This document shows positions 23,601 through 35,341 of a stretch of DNA of 37,645 nucleotides, one piece after another. The notes below the pieces were generated by a model that saw only the letters and a program-made list of their open reading frames with translations, was not told the origin of the DNA and searched no databases. Position numbers and translations under genes: made by a program. The stretch comes from Chiloscyllium plagiosum. Its lineage: Eukaryota. Position 1 is the first letter of the stretch. Every line of letters begins with the position of its first letter. The stretch spans positions 4,223,764-4,261,408 of the forward strand of contig NC_057760.1 in the NCBI RefSeq assembly GCF_004010195.1, in the 5' to 3' direction.

Positions 23601-24115
23601 ATGATGGAGTGTGGCTCAACGGGGCGGCGATTGAACATGTAACAATACATACTTTCTGTGTTACCACTCACACTGGGAAATAGAACAAATGTGTTAATAA
23701 GCATGCCACACCCATGAAAAACTATTCTGTTTTAAAAGTGGCAATAAAAAATTTGTGGAAAAACAGAAAGTAGCAGTAAGGAGAATATTTATTGACAAAC
23801 ATCGTTAAATTAATCAGCAACTCCTCACAATTTCCTATGACCTGGTGAAAAATGGAGTAATTTGATTTATGACAGATCTTTGCAAGCCATATGTAGTTTG
23901 AACAATCGAGATCAATGTTTTAAAAATAGAGCTGACAACTGAGGACAACAGACTGTCCATAGCTTTTGTTTGAAGATGGGTCTGCAAATGGGTTGTGTAG
24001 GAATATAGACAAGGAGTTCCAAAACATGAGGCCCACCTAAACACAATCATATGCAACTGCTGTGTATTCTGAAATTTTTGTGAAATCATGTCTGACTTGA
24101 ATCCATACTTAATAT

Positions 24116-24253
24116 GAGGAGAAAGTGAGGTCTGCAGATGCTGGAGATCAGAGCTGAAAATGTGTTGCTGGAAAAGCGCAGCAGGTCAGGCAGCATCCAG
24201 GGAACAGGAGAATCGACGTTTCGGGCATAAGCCCTTCTTCAGGAAAGCCCTTC
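24116..24253 (-). mobile_element. Solo PLE pLTR insertion with a 14-bp TSD
   Basis: TCCAT(A/C)CTTAATAT at 24102-24115 and 24254-24267; reverse complement of ~146-274; absent from arm A. Confidence 0.88.
24215..24242 (-). ncRNA. Minimal type I hammerhead ribozyme motif, intact core
   Basis: Minus strand CUGAAGA-A-GGGC-UUAU-GCCC-GAAA-CG-UC; stem I very short. Confidence 0.78.
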
Positions 24254-25641
24254 TCCATCCTTAATATACTGAGAGTTGATTCTGTAAATCCTCACGCTCT
24301 CGAATCAAAAAGTTACAAATCTGTTTTAGTTTTTATTGGCAGCTATTCCTCAGAAGATTTGACAGGAGATATGCACAGCTTCCAATGTCTTGTATCTGGA
24401 GTACTGTCTCTTTAAATCACGCTACATGATTGTGCTCTTTTTTGTTCCATTCTCTTGTTTGTTCAGTCAATGAAAACAAATCCTCATTATCTATCAATTG
24501 AATCATTGTTAAACTTCAGAAGATAGCATATATCTTATAAGTTCATACGAATGCAGGACTACATGAGAGCTTGAATAGTCCCTGCAGTTCGTAATCATGA
24601 TATGATGATAATCTGTCCTTAAACATCTCACTCTCTTCTTGATGTAACGATTTGTGAAAGCATTCCCACTCTGTTACTCTTGCAACAGCCCGTGAATCTA
24701 TTCTCACTCTGCCCCCACCCCCACCCCTAGTAATGGCCAGTCAACCGCTGCCCATTTTGTTCACCTAGCAATGACCGGTCCATCAATCCCACTCTGTTCT
24801 CCTTGCAATGGCCTGTGATCAATTCACAATCTGTTCTCCCGCAAAGACCTCCACAACTATTCTACCAGCAATGCGGTTTGAATGCAGAGCCAACCTTTTC
24901 TCTTAGCAATGGTCTTTGAAAGCTTACTTCCTCTATTCCATTCCTCACATGATTGACCGAGGAACATCGTCTAAACCTATCCTTACTCTATTGCCCTTGC
25001 AAGGGCTTGTAAAACTATTCTCATTGTGTTGCAAGAGCCTGTGAACCAATCTTCACCGTATTCCTCCAGCAACAGCCTGTGAACCCATCCACACTTTGAT
25101 ACCTTTGATCATCATCCCCACTCCGTTCCCGAGTAAGTCATGGGAACCCATCCCCAATTGGTTACCCAAGGAAAGGAAGTTGAGTTTGATTTAGAGGCAC
25201 ATAAGTGTGGACAGCATGAGGGAAGCGGAAGGGGGGAGATAAAGGGTCTGCAAGAGGAATAGAGATTCAAGGGAATGGGCACGTAGCAACATGGAACAAA
25301 GAGAGAACATAGGAGGTCAAGAAAGAGAGGGAGCGTGTGAGAGTGGGACGGAGATATTGAGGGATAGGGAGCAAGGGAGGGAGGTGAATTCTGCCGAGGT
25401 CTGATCAGATTAGGTGGTACCAGAGGTGAAAGCAAAGGCAGGGAGACATCGACCAAACTTCTGAGCTCGCCACGGTTCCCTCCCCTTCCTTGAGGCACTG
25501 TTAAATGAACATTTTTGTTCTTTACTAGTTGAAGTTATAGATATAGTCAGTGGAATGGAGTCTTTTATCACTGGTTCCTAAGATGAGAGGAACATTGAAA
25601 TATGTCCCTATAGTCACCTGGGGGATAAGGTTGGACAAGCT

Positions 25642-25772
25642 GGCTCTGCTATTCGGAAGGGCGTGAAAAAGAGTGGAATGGCTATAGTCATAGGGGATTC
25701 AATTGTAAGGGGAGTAGATAGGCGGTTCTATGGCCGAACATGAGACCCTTGAATGGTATGATGTCTCCCAGA
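25642..25772 (+). mobile_element. CR1 ORF1 (SGNH esterase) fragment
   Basis: Encodes KKSGMAIVIGDSIVRGVDRRFYG. Confidence 0.85.
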
Positions 25773-25781
25773 TGGGTCGAC

Positions 25782-26107
25782 CGGACATCGGGACCAATGT
25801 GTCCACACCGACCGTCCAAGGTGCATCTTGTTCCTAAACATCCCCGTATGCTAACCCTGTAATCCTGCATCCCCCTTGGCTAAGACACTTAACCTAAACA
25901 TACCACAACAGTATGGGCAATGTTTCATGACTAATACAAATAAATTGTGCATATTTGGACTGTGAGAGAAAACTGGATCATGTGATGGAAACCCACGTAG
26001 ACACGGGGAGTACGTGGAAACTTCATGCAGGAAGGCACTTGTGGATTGAATTGAACCTGGGTCCCTGGCACTGTGAGGCAGCAGTGCTAACCACAGAGCC
26101 ACCATGC
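25782..26107 (-). mobile_element. HE1-type SINE, diverged
   Basis: + strand ends gaacctgggtccctggcactgtgaggcagcagtgctaaccacagagccaccatgc; contains the ggaaacccacgtagacacgggga core. Confidence 0.88.
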
Positions 26108-26817
26108 AACTCCTAAAAGCGAGGTCTAGAGCTTTTTCCACAGATAGGGATGGATTTAGGATCTGAAGGTTTCTAAAATAAGGAACTATGTAGAGACAGA
26201 AGATGGTTACAGAATCGAGAAGCACTGTAGGGGCTACAGGATGTTATGCAGCTGATTTCACAGTGCAGTAGGTTACATATTGTGGAAATTGTAGGGACTC
26301 GACGAAGTTAAAGAGATGTGCAGAGTTGTAGGTGCTGGTGAAAGTTGCAGATATAATGCACACTGTTGTAACTGGAGAGTTCATGGAGATACTACGACTT
26401 GTCAGAGCAGAAGGGACTTAGTGACATTGATGGTTGCATGGACTAGAAGACATTTTAAAGATTGGGATGTTTTTATGGATTGGAACAATTACAAAGAAAG
26501 TGAGAACAGTCAGCACTTGAGAAAGATTACATAGAGAGGGAGGATTGTCAGGGTTGGAGGAGATTGAGTCAGAACGGAGGGCTACATTGGCTGATGGAGG
26601 TTGTAAAGGTAGGGATGGATTGTACGGGGTCCATTCAGTTACAGAGAAAGCATGTTAATGGAGTTGGAGGACCCTCAATAGATCTTACTGAGCCACATAA
26701 AAGAATTGGCACAGATAATGTCATTTGGCACATGATATTTGCACCAGATCTTCAACTGAACTCATTATCTAGTAATAAACTCCCGCTTTCCCCATATCTT
26801 TACACATCATTATTGGT

Positions 26818-27003
26818 GATGAAAATGTGTTGCTGGAAAAGCGCAGCAGGTCAGGCAGCATCCAAGGAACAGGAGAATCGACGTTTCGTGCATAAGCCCG
26901 AAATGTCGATTCTCCTGTTCCTTGGTTGCTGCCTGACCTGCTGCGCTTTTCCAGCAACACATTTTCAGCTCTGATCTCCAGCATCTGCAGCCCTCACTTT
27001 CTC
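26818..27003. mobile_element. Palindromic PLE pLTR insertion with a perfect 15-bp TSD
   Basis: CACATCATTATTGGT at 26803-26817 and 27004-27018; inverted repeat 26820-26967. Confidence 0.9.
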
Positions 27004-29113
27004 CACATCATTATTGGTCCAATACTCAATCAATCCCTTCTTGAGTGTTTCCATTGAAAATATCCATGCACATCGTAACATCTCATCAAGTGAAAATGCT
27101 CTTACTCATTTCACTCTTTCTTCTTTTATGTATAATTTGAAATCCAAGCCCTCTCATTCTTGTTCCCTTTATGAACAGTAATAGTTCTATTTTATCTGTT
27201 CTATTCAATCTGCTTATGCGTTTGAAAACTCAATCATATCTCCTGTTAGCTACTTTCTGTCCAAAGACACTGTTTCCAACTTCACAGCGGAATTTGTTTA
27301 TCTTGGAACTATTCTTGTAAATAGTTTTTCACGTTTTCCAATGTATTAACATCCTTCTTTCAATGTGACACTCTGGACTGTATACAATACTCCAGTTGAG
27401 GTCTAACATGGGTCTAATGCAAGTTCAACATCACCTCCATGCTCTTATACCGCATAATGAATTTTTAAAAAGCCAAAAATACTTTATGCTTTACTTAGAT
27501 TTTATGTCCTGCAAATTTCAATGATCTGTGCACCTATACCTCCAGTCCTTTGCACCATAGCTTTTCAGATTTTACATCCTATTTTATAATGTCTTTTAAT
27601 GCTCTTGCTAGCAAATTGCATTGTCTTATGATGCTTTGCGCCAAACTTCAGCTACCACCTTTCTGCTCACTTTACCAACTTCTCAATGGTTTTTTTGGAG
27701 TTCTACAATACTTTCCACCTTGCTCAATTTGTTTAAGTTCTGTGATTTATGTAAAATTTGAAATAGCACCTTGCACACCAGGCATAGATTGTTCACACAT
27801 ATCCAAACGTGGAGGTGCCCAAAACTCAGTCCTGGGGCATTGCACTGAAAATCTTGCTCCAACTCAAAAAAAAATCTCGTGACGATTCCTTTCTATTTTC
27901 TATCAGCTAATTTTGTATTCACGTTGATACAGTCCCTTTTATTCCATGAACAAATGAATGAATTAATGAATGAATGATTTTGCTGTCAAGTTGATCGAGG
28001 AAAATGCAGTGAAACATGTTTTGTCACCTATTCCACACAGGTCTAGCTCACCAATATTGTACCATTCTTGTGATAGAGCTTCCATGGCATGGGTAGCTTT
28101 TCCCTCTTTTGTAAAGACAGAGAGAAAGTATTCATTTAACACTTAGCCAAATCGCCTTCTTTCAGTTATAAATACTGTTCCTTGTGTTGAATCAGACTTA
28201 CTCCATCGTTTAGTACTCTCATTATTAGGTATCCACAGAAGATTCTGGGATAGCTCTATGTTTGCTATCCGTTGTCTCATAATTCCCCCCTGCTCAATCT
28301 TCTCCCCTCTGAGTCGTCAACATTCCTCTTTGTTCCCATACGATTCTCTATCTGACACCTACTTTATTATTCTTCTTCACCTTAATTTCTTGCTTTATCA
28401 TCCAGAACGTTTTGGGTTTGCTTATCCTGCCTTTCTGATAGGAGGGAGAATTCCTTGACTCAACCCAAGCATTTCTCTTTGAAGGGAGTCCATTGTTCAG
28501 TTTTTGTTTTTCTCTCCAACTCGGTGTTCCAGTCTAATCTTCCCATCTTCATTCCTGCACCATTGAAACCACTCTCAGTCAACTGATGTTTCGCACTTTC
28601 AGTTGTTGCATGTCCTTCTCTAAAATCACCCTAAAATTTATAGTAAAATGATTACTATGCCCTAATATGTTGCCGAATGGCACTGGATCCAATTGCCCTC
28701 TCTCTTTTCCAAGGACCACGTCCAACACTGGGTTGGAGACATATTTCTGAAGTGAGCTTTACTCCGTGCAATCTAGAAACACTTACCCCTCATAGCCCTG
28801 GCACTGCCAGTATCCAAGTTTATATTTGAATCATTTAAGTTTCTCTGTATAATTGCTCTACGATGTTGCCACCTTTCTCTAATATCTCTGAGAATTTGTT
28901 CTCTCCATGTTTTGCATTGATTAGTGTCATATAGACTGTGCCTTACAGTGTAATTCTACACTTTTTGTTCTGTACCTCAAGCCAAAATCATTCTGACCTT
29001 GGAGGTAATGTCTTTCTCTCAGACTCATTAACTAACGCTACTCTAAACCTCGGCACTTCATCTCTTCCTTTCTGTCAACTGTGAATACTTTGTATAGAGC
29101 AATATTTAACATC

Positions 29114-29319
29114 AGTTGTGAATGCATGGAATGCATTGCCAGCCGTGGTGGTGGAAGCAGTGTCATTGGGGACATTTAAGCGACTGCTGGACAAGCACAT
29201 GGATAGTTGAAGGGTGCATAGGTTAAGTTACTATATTTGACATTTGGATTAAATCTCAGCACAACATTATGGACCAAAGGACCTGTTCTGAGCTGTACTT
29301 TTTTATGTTCTATGTTCTA
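29114..29319 (+). mobile_element. Short CR1 3' end, same subfamily as 5492-6352
   Basis: tggaatgcattgccagc...gacatttaagcgactgctggac...tatgttctatgttcta. Confidence 0.9.
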
Positions 29320-32021
29320 TCATGTCCTGACATTCCTTGAATTAACTCTCAGTAATCACTGCATCATCAGATTTCCACATACCAGTCAGCATCTGTAGCT
29401 CCCCAATCTTATTTACTGAAGTCCGAGTACTCCCATGCATGCAGAATAACTACAATGTAGATGTCATTTGCTTCCATATTCCGTCTTCAGTTATTGAACT
29501 AACTGTTGTAAACTTGCACCAGCTGCATTTCCAAGAGTTTTGGGGATCCTGGTAGTCTCCTCAACACTTCCTTTTGGTTCCCACACACCTACCAACTTAA
29601 TTTAAAACCTTCCCAACAGCACTAGCCAAATGTTCCCCAAAGAACTCAATCCTGGCACTCGGAGCAATCCAGCGAGTCCTGCTTGCTAACCTTCCATCTG
29701 GATCCCTAAATTCTGATTCCCAGACCTCATCACACTTCCTATCCACATCATTGTGACCAGCATGGACCATGACCTCTGACTGCTCATCTTCAAACAAAAG
29801 AATATTCTGAAGATGCTGTGACATTCTTGACCCCGTCATCCTGGAGTTATAGAGTCATCTGCACTGAAGAGTGGTGCATCTTAGGCCTGGGTTCAAGGAG
29901 TGGTTCAGACTGAAACACGGCATCACTGTAATGTTTCTTCCCTTCCTTCTCATCTAACCAGAAATAATGTGTAAAGAGACGTGTTATTGAAAAAAATGTT
30001 GGTCGCAGAGTAAGTAGTAAGGCTTTGGCCTAACAGGCTTCGGAGAGCAACTCTTCAGCAAGATGTACAGGTAAGCTCAGATAAAGTCCTTTTAAAATTC
30101 CACTTTAGTCTTAGAGCAGTTGAGATAGGAGTTAGGGCAATCACATGCTCCTCCTGCAGGATGTGGGAGCTCAGGCAGACCTCCGTCGTCCCTTGTGAGT
30201 AAACGTGTGTAGTGTGCACCCAACTGCATCTCCTCCAAGACTGTGTTATGAAGGTCGATCTGGCTGCACTCAGGATCATCTGAGATGTGGAACTCATCAT
30301 AGATCAGAGATTTAATGAGATGGTCACAACTAAGTTGTTGGCAGAGAGTGGCTGTGTAACCACCAGCAAAGGCAGAGGGAGTAGACAGAGAGTGTAGGAA
30401 TCTTCTGTAGCCAATCCCCTCGAAAACAAGTATGCTATTTTGGTCACTGTTGGAGGGATTATTGTTCATGGGAAAGCAGCAGTAGCCAGGTCGATGGTGC
30501 TACGAATGGCTCTGGAGCACAACAGGAAAAGGGTAAAGGTAGCAGGACCTCAGTGATAGGAGATTCGATAGCTAGGGGGACAGATAGCAGAGTTTGTGCC
30601 CGCAAACGGAAATCCAGGGTGGTGTGTTGCAAAACCACGTGCCAGAGTCCATGCTGTTTAGGAGTGGCTGCAGAACTTTCTCAGTGGGGAGGGTGAGCAA
30701 CTAGAAGTCATTGTGCACCTTGGAATAAATGGCATCGGTAGAAATAGGGATGAGGTTCTCCTTTTTTATACAGTTAGAAAAAAAGCTAAAAGCCCGGACC
30801 TCTATAGTGGGTTACTTCCAGTGTCACGTGCTGGTGAGGATAAAACAGGAGAATATGGAAAATATCTGTGGCTAAAGATATGCTGCGGGCAGGGATTCAG
30901 ATTTTCAGATCAGGGCTGAGGTGATCTGTTCCAGAAGGACGCATTGCACCTGAACAGGAGGGGGATTAGTATCTTGGCGGGAAGGTTTGCTAGTGCAACG
31001 AAGGAGGATTTAAACTGGATTGGCAAGGAATAGTTGGATCCTCAACAGCAGGCAGGCAACTGTGAAGCTGGATTGATGTAATGTAATCAGAAATAGTAAG
31101 ATGATGGGACTGGTCAGGCTGGAACATGGCAGGGAGCAAGGATTGACTTTTCAATGAAATTGCATCTATTTCAATGCAAAAGGTTGTCAGGCAAGGCCCA
31201 TGAACTCAAGGTATGGATACATATGTGGGACTGGGATATTATAGCCATTGCAGAAACATGGCTAAGAGAGGGAATGGATGGGCAGCTTTATATGCCAGTG
31301 TACAGATGGTTGAGGCGGGACAGAGGTGGTGGGGAAGGAATGTATGGGGAGTTAAATGCTTGATTAAGGTGAGCTTCACGGCATTACGCAGATATGAAAT
31401 AAATGAAGGATCATCCAGTGAGGCTTTGTGGGTGGAGCTAATAAATAAGAAGGGGATGGTGATATTATTGGGGTTGTACTACAGTACCCTAAATAGTCAA
31501 CAGGAAATAGAGGAACAACTATGGAGGGAGGTTGGGGAGTCTAGCAGGAGCAATAAAATTGTTAGAGTGGGGATTTAATATTTTCTAATATGGACTGGAA
31601 CTGCCATGGCGTTAAGGGCTTAGATGACGTGAAATTTTAAAATATGATTAGGAAGGTTTTCGCAAGCAGCATATACAGGGTCTAACTCGGGAATCACAAA
31701 ACTCCACTTACTCTTCGGACATTGGGCAGGGTTGGTTACTGAGGTGATGGTGTGGGCGCACTTTGGGACCAGTGTATTAATTTTAAAATCGTTAAAGAGA
31801 GGGACAAAACTAATCCACACTCTCAATTTCTAACTTTGGCCAAGGCAAATTTTGATAAAATTAAACAGGAGCTTGCAGGGGTTGATGGGAGTAGTTGTTT
31901 GCAGCCAAAGGGAGGCATTCAAATGTACAATAGCTGGAGTTTAATGTCCATATGTTCTTGTGTGCATGAAAGCAGGGTTAGCAGGAGTAGGGGACGCTGG
32001 ATGACAAGAAATGTTGAAGAA

Positions 32022-32094
32022 GTAGAGGTGCCGGTATTGGTTTTGGGTGGACAAAAAGCACACAACACCAGATTATAGTCCAACAGGCTTATTT
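32022..32094. mobile_element. Terminal fragment of the 12030-12223 PLE-derived family, inserted in CR1
   Basis: cacaacaccagattatagtccaacaggcttattt matches ~12064-12097. Confidence 0.75.
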
Positions 32095-32642
32095 GAGATC
32101 TTGAGCCTTTGGCGAGAAGAAAAAGAAGAAGGCATGGCTCAGCCAAAGGCAGCTGGGATCAAGGGAATCCCTGGAAGTATATAGGCAATACAGGAGGTGA
32201 CTGAACAATGAAATTAGGAGGATGAACATGAGGCACGAGATAGCCTTGGCTGAGAAGGTTAGGGTGAATCTATGAGGTTAGGGTGAAAGAATAACTCAAG
32301 ACAGAATAGGACCTCTCAAGAGCCATAGTGGACATGTATGTGTGATATTGCAGGAGATGAGTGAGATCCTTAATCAATATATCTCCTCTGTGTTTACCTT
32401 GGAGAAAGACATAAAGACTTGGGAAATCAGGGAAGTTTGTATTGATATCTTAGGGACAATACATATCTCAGTAGAGGAGGTGTTGGATGTATGAGAATGT
32501 ATGAAGTGGATAAGTCCCCTTAGTTTAACTAGATATGTCCAAGAATTGTGCAAGAGGGTAAAAAATAATTTGCAGTGCCCCAAGCTGATATATGTGCATC
32601 AGTTTTAGCCATGTATGAGATCCCAGAACTGGAGGGTAGCGA

Positions 32643-32962
32643 ATTAGATTAGATTAGATTAGATTACAGTGTGGAAACAGGCCCTTCGGCCCAACAAGTC
32701 CACACCGACCCGCCAAAGCGAAACCCACCCATATCCCTACATTTACCCCTTACCTAACACTATGGGCAATTTAGTATGGCCAATTCACCTAACCTGCACA
32801 TCTTTGGACTGTGGGAGGAAACCGGAGCACCCGGAGGAAACCCACGCAGACACGGGGAGAACGTGCAAACTCCACACAGTCAGTCGCCTGAGTCGGGAAT
32901 TGAACCCGGGTCTCTGGCGCTGCGAGGCAGCAGTGCTAACCACTGTGCCACCGTGCCGCCCA
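32643..32962 (-). mobile_element. Young full-length HE1-type SINE inserted in CR1 ORF2
   Basis: CpG-rich; intact A box (TGGCACAGTGG) and B box (GGTTCAATTCC); CR1-like tail plus (TCTAA)n; splits the host motif WRVA|NVVPL. Confidence 0.95.
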
Positions 32963-33017
32963 CCAATGTTGTACCCTTAACCAAGAAGAGATGTAAAGAA
33001 AAATCAGGGAACTGTAG

Positions 33018-34500
33018 ATCCCCAGGGCCAGACCAGATTTACCCTAGGTTGCTCCGGGAAACGAGAAAGGAGGTTGCTAAGCGGCTTCCTCACTCTCCAC
33101 GGGAGTCGTAACCTCCTAACTCAAGAAGGGAGATAGGGAAATCCCTGGCAATTACAGACAAGTCAGTCTTACGTCTGTAGTCAGCAAGATTTGGAAAAAA
33201 CTCTGAGGGATAGGATTAATGACTATTTGGAAAAGCATAGTGTGATTCAAGGCAGTCAGCATGGCATTGTGAGGGGCAGGGCATGCCTCACTAATCTTAT
33301 TTTGTTCTTTGAGGAGATGACGAGACAGGTCGACAAAAGTCGAGCAGTCGATGTGGTGTATATGGACTTCAGCAAGGCATTTGATAACGTTCCCCATGGT
33401 AGGCTCATTCAGGAGGTATGGGATACAGGGTGATTTGGCTGCCTGGATTCAGAATTGGTTGGCTGACAGAAGGCAGAGAGTGGTTGTAGATGGAAAGTAT
33501 TCTGCCTGGATGTTAGTGGTGAGTAGTGTCTGCAGGCCTCTGTTCTTGGGCCTCTGTTCTTTGTAGTTTTAATAAATGACTTGGGTGAGGAGGTTGAGGA
33601 GTGGGTTAGTACATTTGCAGATGACACAAAGGTTGGACGTGCCATTGATAATATAGAGGGCTATTGCAGGCTGCAGCGCAACGTAGACAGGATACAGAGC
33701 TGGGCTGAGAAATGGAAGATGGAGTTCAACCTGGATAAATGCGAAGTGATGCATTTTGGAAGGTCGAACTTGAATGCTGAATATAGGATTAAAGACAGGA
33801 TTCTTGGCGGTGTGGAGGAACAGAGGGATCTTGGTGTTCAAGCGCATAGATCCCTCAAAGTTGCCACCCAAATGGATAGGGTTGTTAAGAAAGCAGGGGA
33901 TCGAATTTAAGAACCGTGAGGTTTTGCTGCAGCTCTACAAGACCCTGGTTAGACCTCACTTAGAATATTGTGTCCAGTTCTGGTCACCCTATTATGGGAA
34001 GATACGGAGGCTTTGGATAGGGTGCAAAGAAGGTTACCAGGATGCTGCCTGGACTAGAGGGCTTGCCATACGAAGAGAGGTTGATTAAGCTCGGACTTTT
34101 CTCGCTGGAGAGAAGGAGGAAGAGAGGTGACCTGATTGAGGTATACAAGGTAATGAGAGGAATGGATAAATTCAATAGCCAGAGATTTTTCCTCAGGGCA
34201 CAATTGATGGCCCGAGGCGTCATAGTTTGAAGATATTAGGAAGAAGGTATGGTGGAGATGTCAGAGGTAGGTTCTTTACACAGAGAGTTGTCAATACATG
34301 GAATGCATTGCCAGCAGAGGTGGTGGGAGTAGAGTCATTAGGGACATTTAAGTGACTGTTGGACATGCACATGGACAGCAGTTAATTAAGGGGTGCATAG
34401 GTTAGGTTATTTTATTTTAGATTAGGAATAATCCTCGCCACAACATCATGGGCCAAAGGGCCTGTTCTATGCTGTACTTTTCTAAATTCTAAATTCTAAA
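33018..34500 (+). mobile_element. CR1 LINE RT domain plus 3' UTR, same subfamily as 5492-6352
   Basis: SPGPDQIYPRLL, QHGIVRGRACLTNL, VYMDFSKAFD, FADDTKVG; tail (ttctaaa)n. Confidence 0.95.
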
Positions 34501-35290
34501 TGGTAACAATGGCAGAGTTGAAACGTGAATGACAGTATTGAGATAGATAGAGTAGAGATGCTAAAAACGCTGGCAGCGGTCCAGACTGAGAAGTCACCAG
34601 ACTGAGGTGGATGCATCCAGATTGCGAATGAAGTTAAGGAACAAATCGCGGAGTGATGTCACCAACAACTGGAGGATTGTAAATGTGACACCGTTGTTTA
34701 CGAAACTGGCAAAGGATAACCCAGGAAACAGCAGAGCAGGACATGACATCAATGGTGGGAAAACAGATGGAGGCCACAAAACAGGATAATGCAGTTAACA
34801 TGATTTTGTCAAGGCCAGATCATCTGTAACAAGTTTAATTGAGTTCGATGATGAAGTGGCACCGGCGGTAGATGAGGGTACTGTTGCACATGTTATATAT
34901 TTGATCTTTCAGGAAAGGAATGATACTGGTGCAACATGGCACTGCGGTAGCAAACTAGAAATGCTTGGAATTCATGAGTCATTGCTAGCATGGATTCGTG
35001 TTTGACTAAAGGATCAGAAGTAGAGGATAGTGGCGGTGGGCATTTGCCAGATTAGAGATGAGTTGAAAGTGATGTTGCCCACAGATCTGGGTTTGGACCT
35101 CTGCTTTTCCTGATTGATGTAAAGGATTTGAAGATGGGTGTTGAAAACAAAATGCCTAAATTTGTAGATGATTTAAGGGTGGCAAGGCAAGTTGAAACAG
35201 TAGCAAAGAAATCTGATAGAATCCTTGGATTTATAAATTGAATTGTAGACCAAGGAAGCAAGGAAGTGATGCAACATGTCTACAAAAAGA
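34501..35290 (+). mobile_element. Old decayed CR1 RT fragment
   Basis: WRIVNVTPLFTK...DNPGN, decayed YLDFQK and KFVDD motifs. Confidence 0.75.
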
Positions 35291-35341
35291 GTCACCATTT
35301 GATAAAGTCATGTAGCACAGAAACAGACCTTTCAGTGCAAC

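Larger units (their letters stand above)
23070..25648 (-). repeat. Arm B of the inverted segmental duplication
   Basis: Reverse-complement homologue of 1986-10700 without arm A's insertions; includes an unexpanded, diverged 38-bp repeat array at ~24650-25170. Confidence 0.9.
26670..29845 (-). mobile_element. Old, heavily decayed CR1 LINE (ORF1 end through 3' end), possibly more than one copy
   Basis: VRPQLEYCIQ (~27370-27410), EYFLSVFTKE-like motif (~28105-28140), EQSEVMVHAGHNDVDRK (ORF1). Confidence 0.7.
30020..33017 (+). mobile_element. CR1 LINE 5' portion (ORF1 Zn finger/SGNH, endonuclease, tether), decayed
   Basis: CSSCRMWE...CVVCTQLHLL, VIGDSIARGTD, WDIIAIAETWL, EALWVEL. Confidence 0.9.

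Noticed and set aside
4389..26817. Specific TAATA target-site motif for the PLE insertions
   Set aside because: Three of five TSDs contain a TAAT/ATTA-like core, but the sample is tiny and AT-rich bias suffices
32890..32962. tRNA gene (A/B boxes; also 17740, 26050, 36524)
   Set aside because: tRNA-derived SINE heads continuing into SINE bodies; no complete cloverleaf seen
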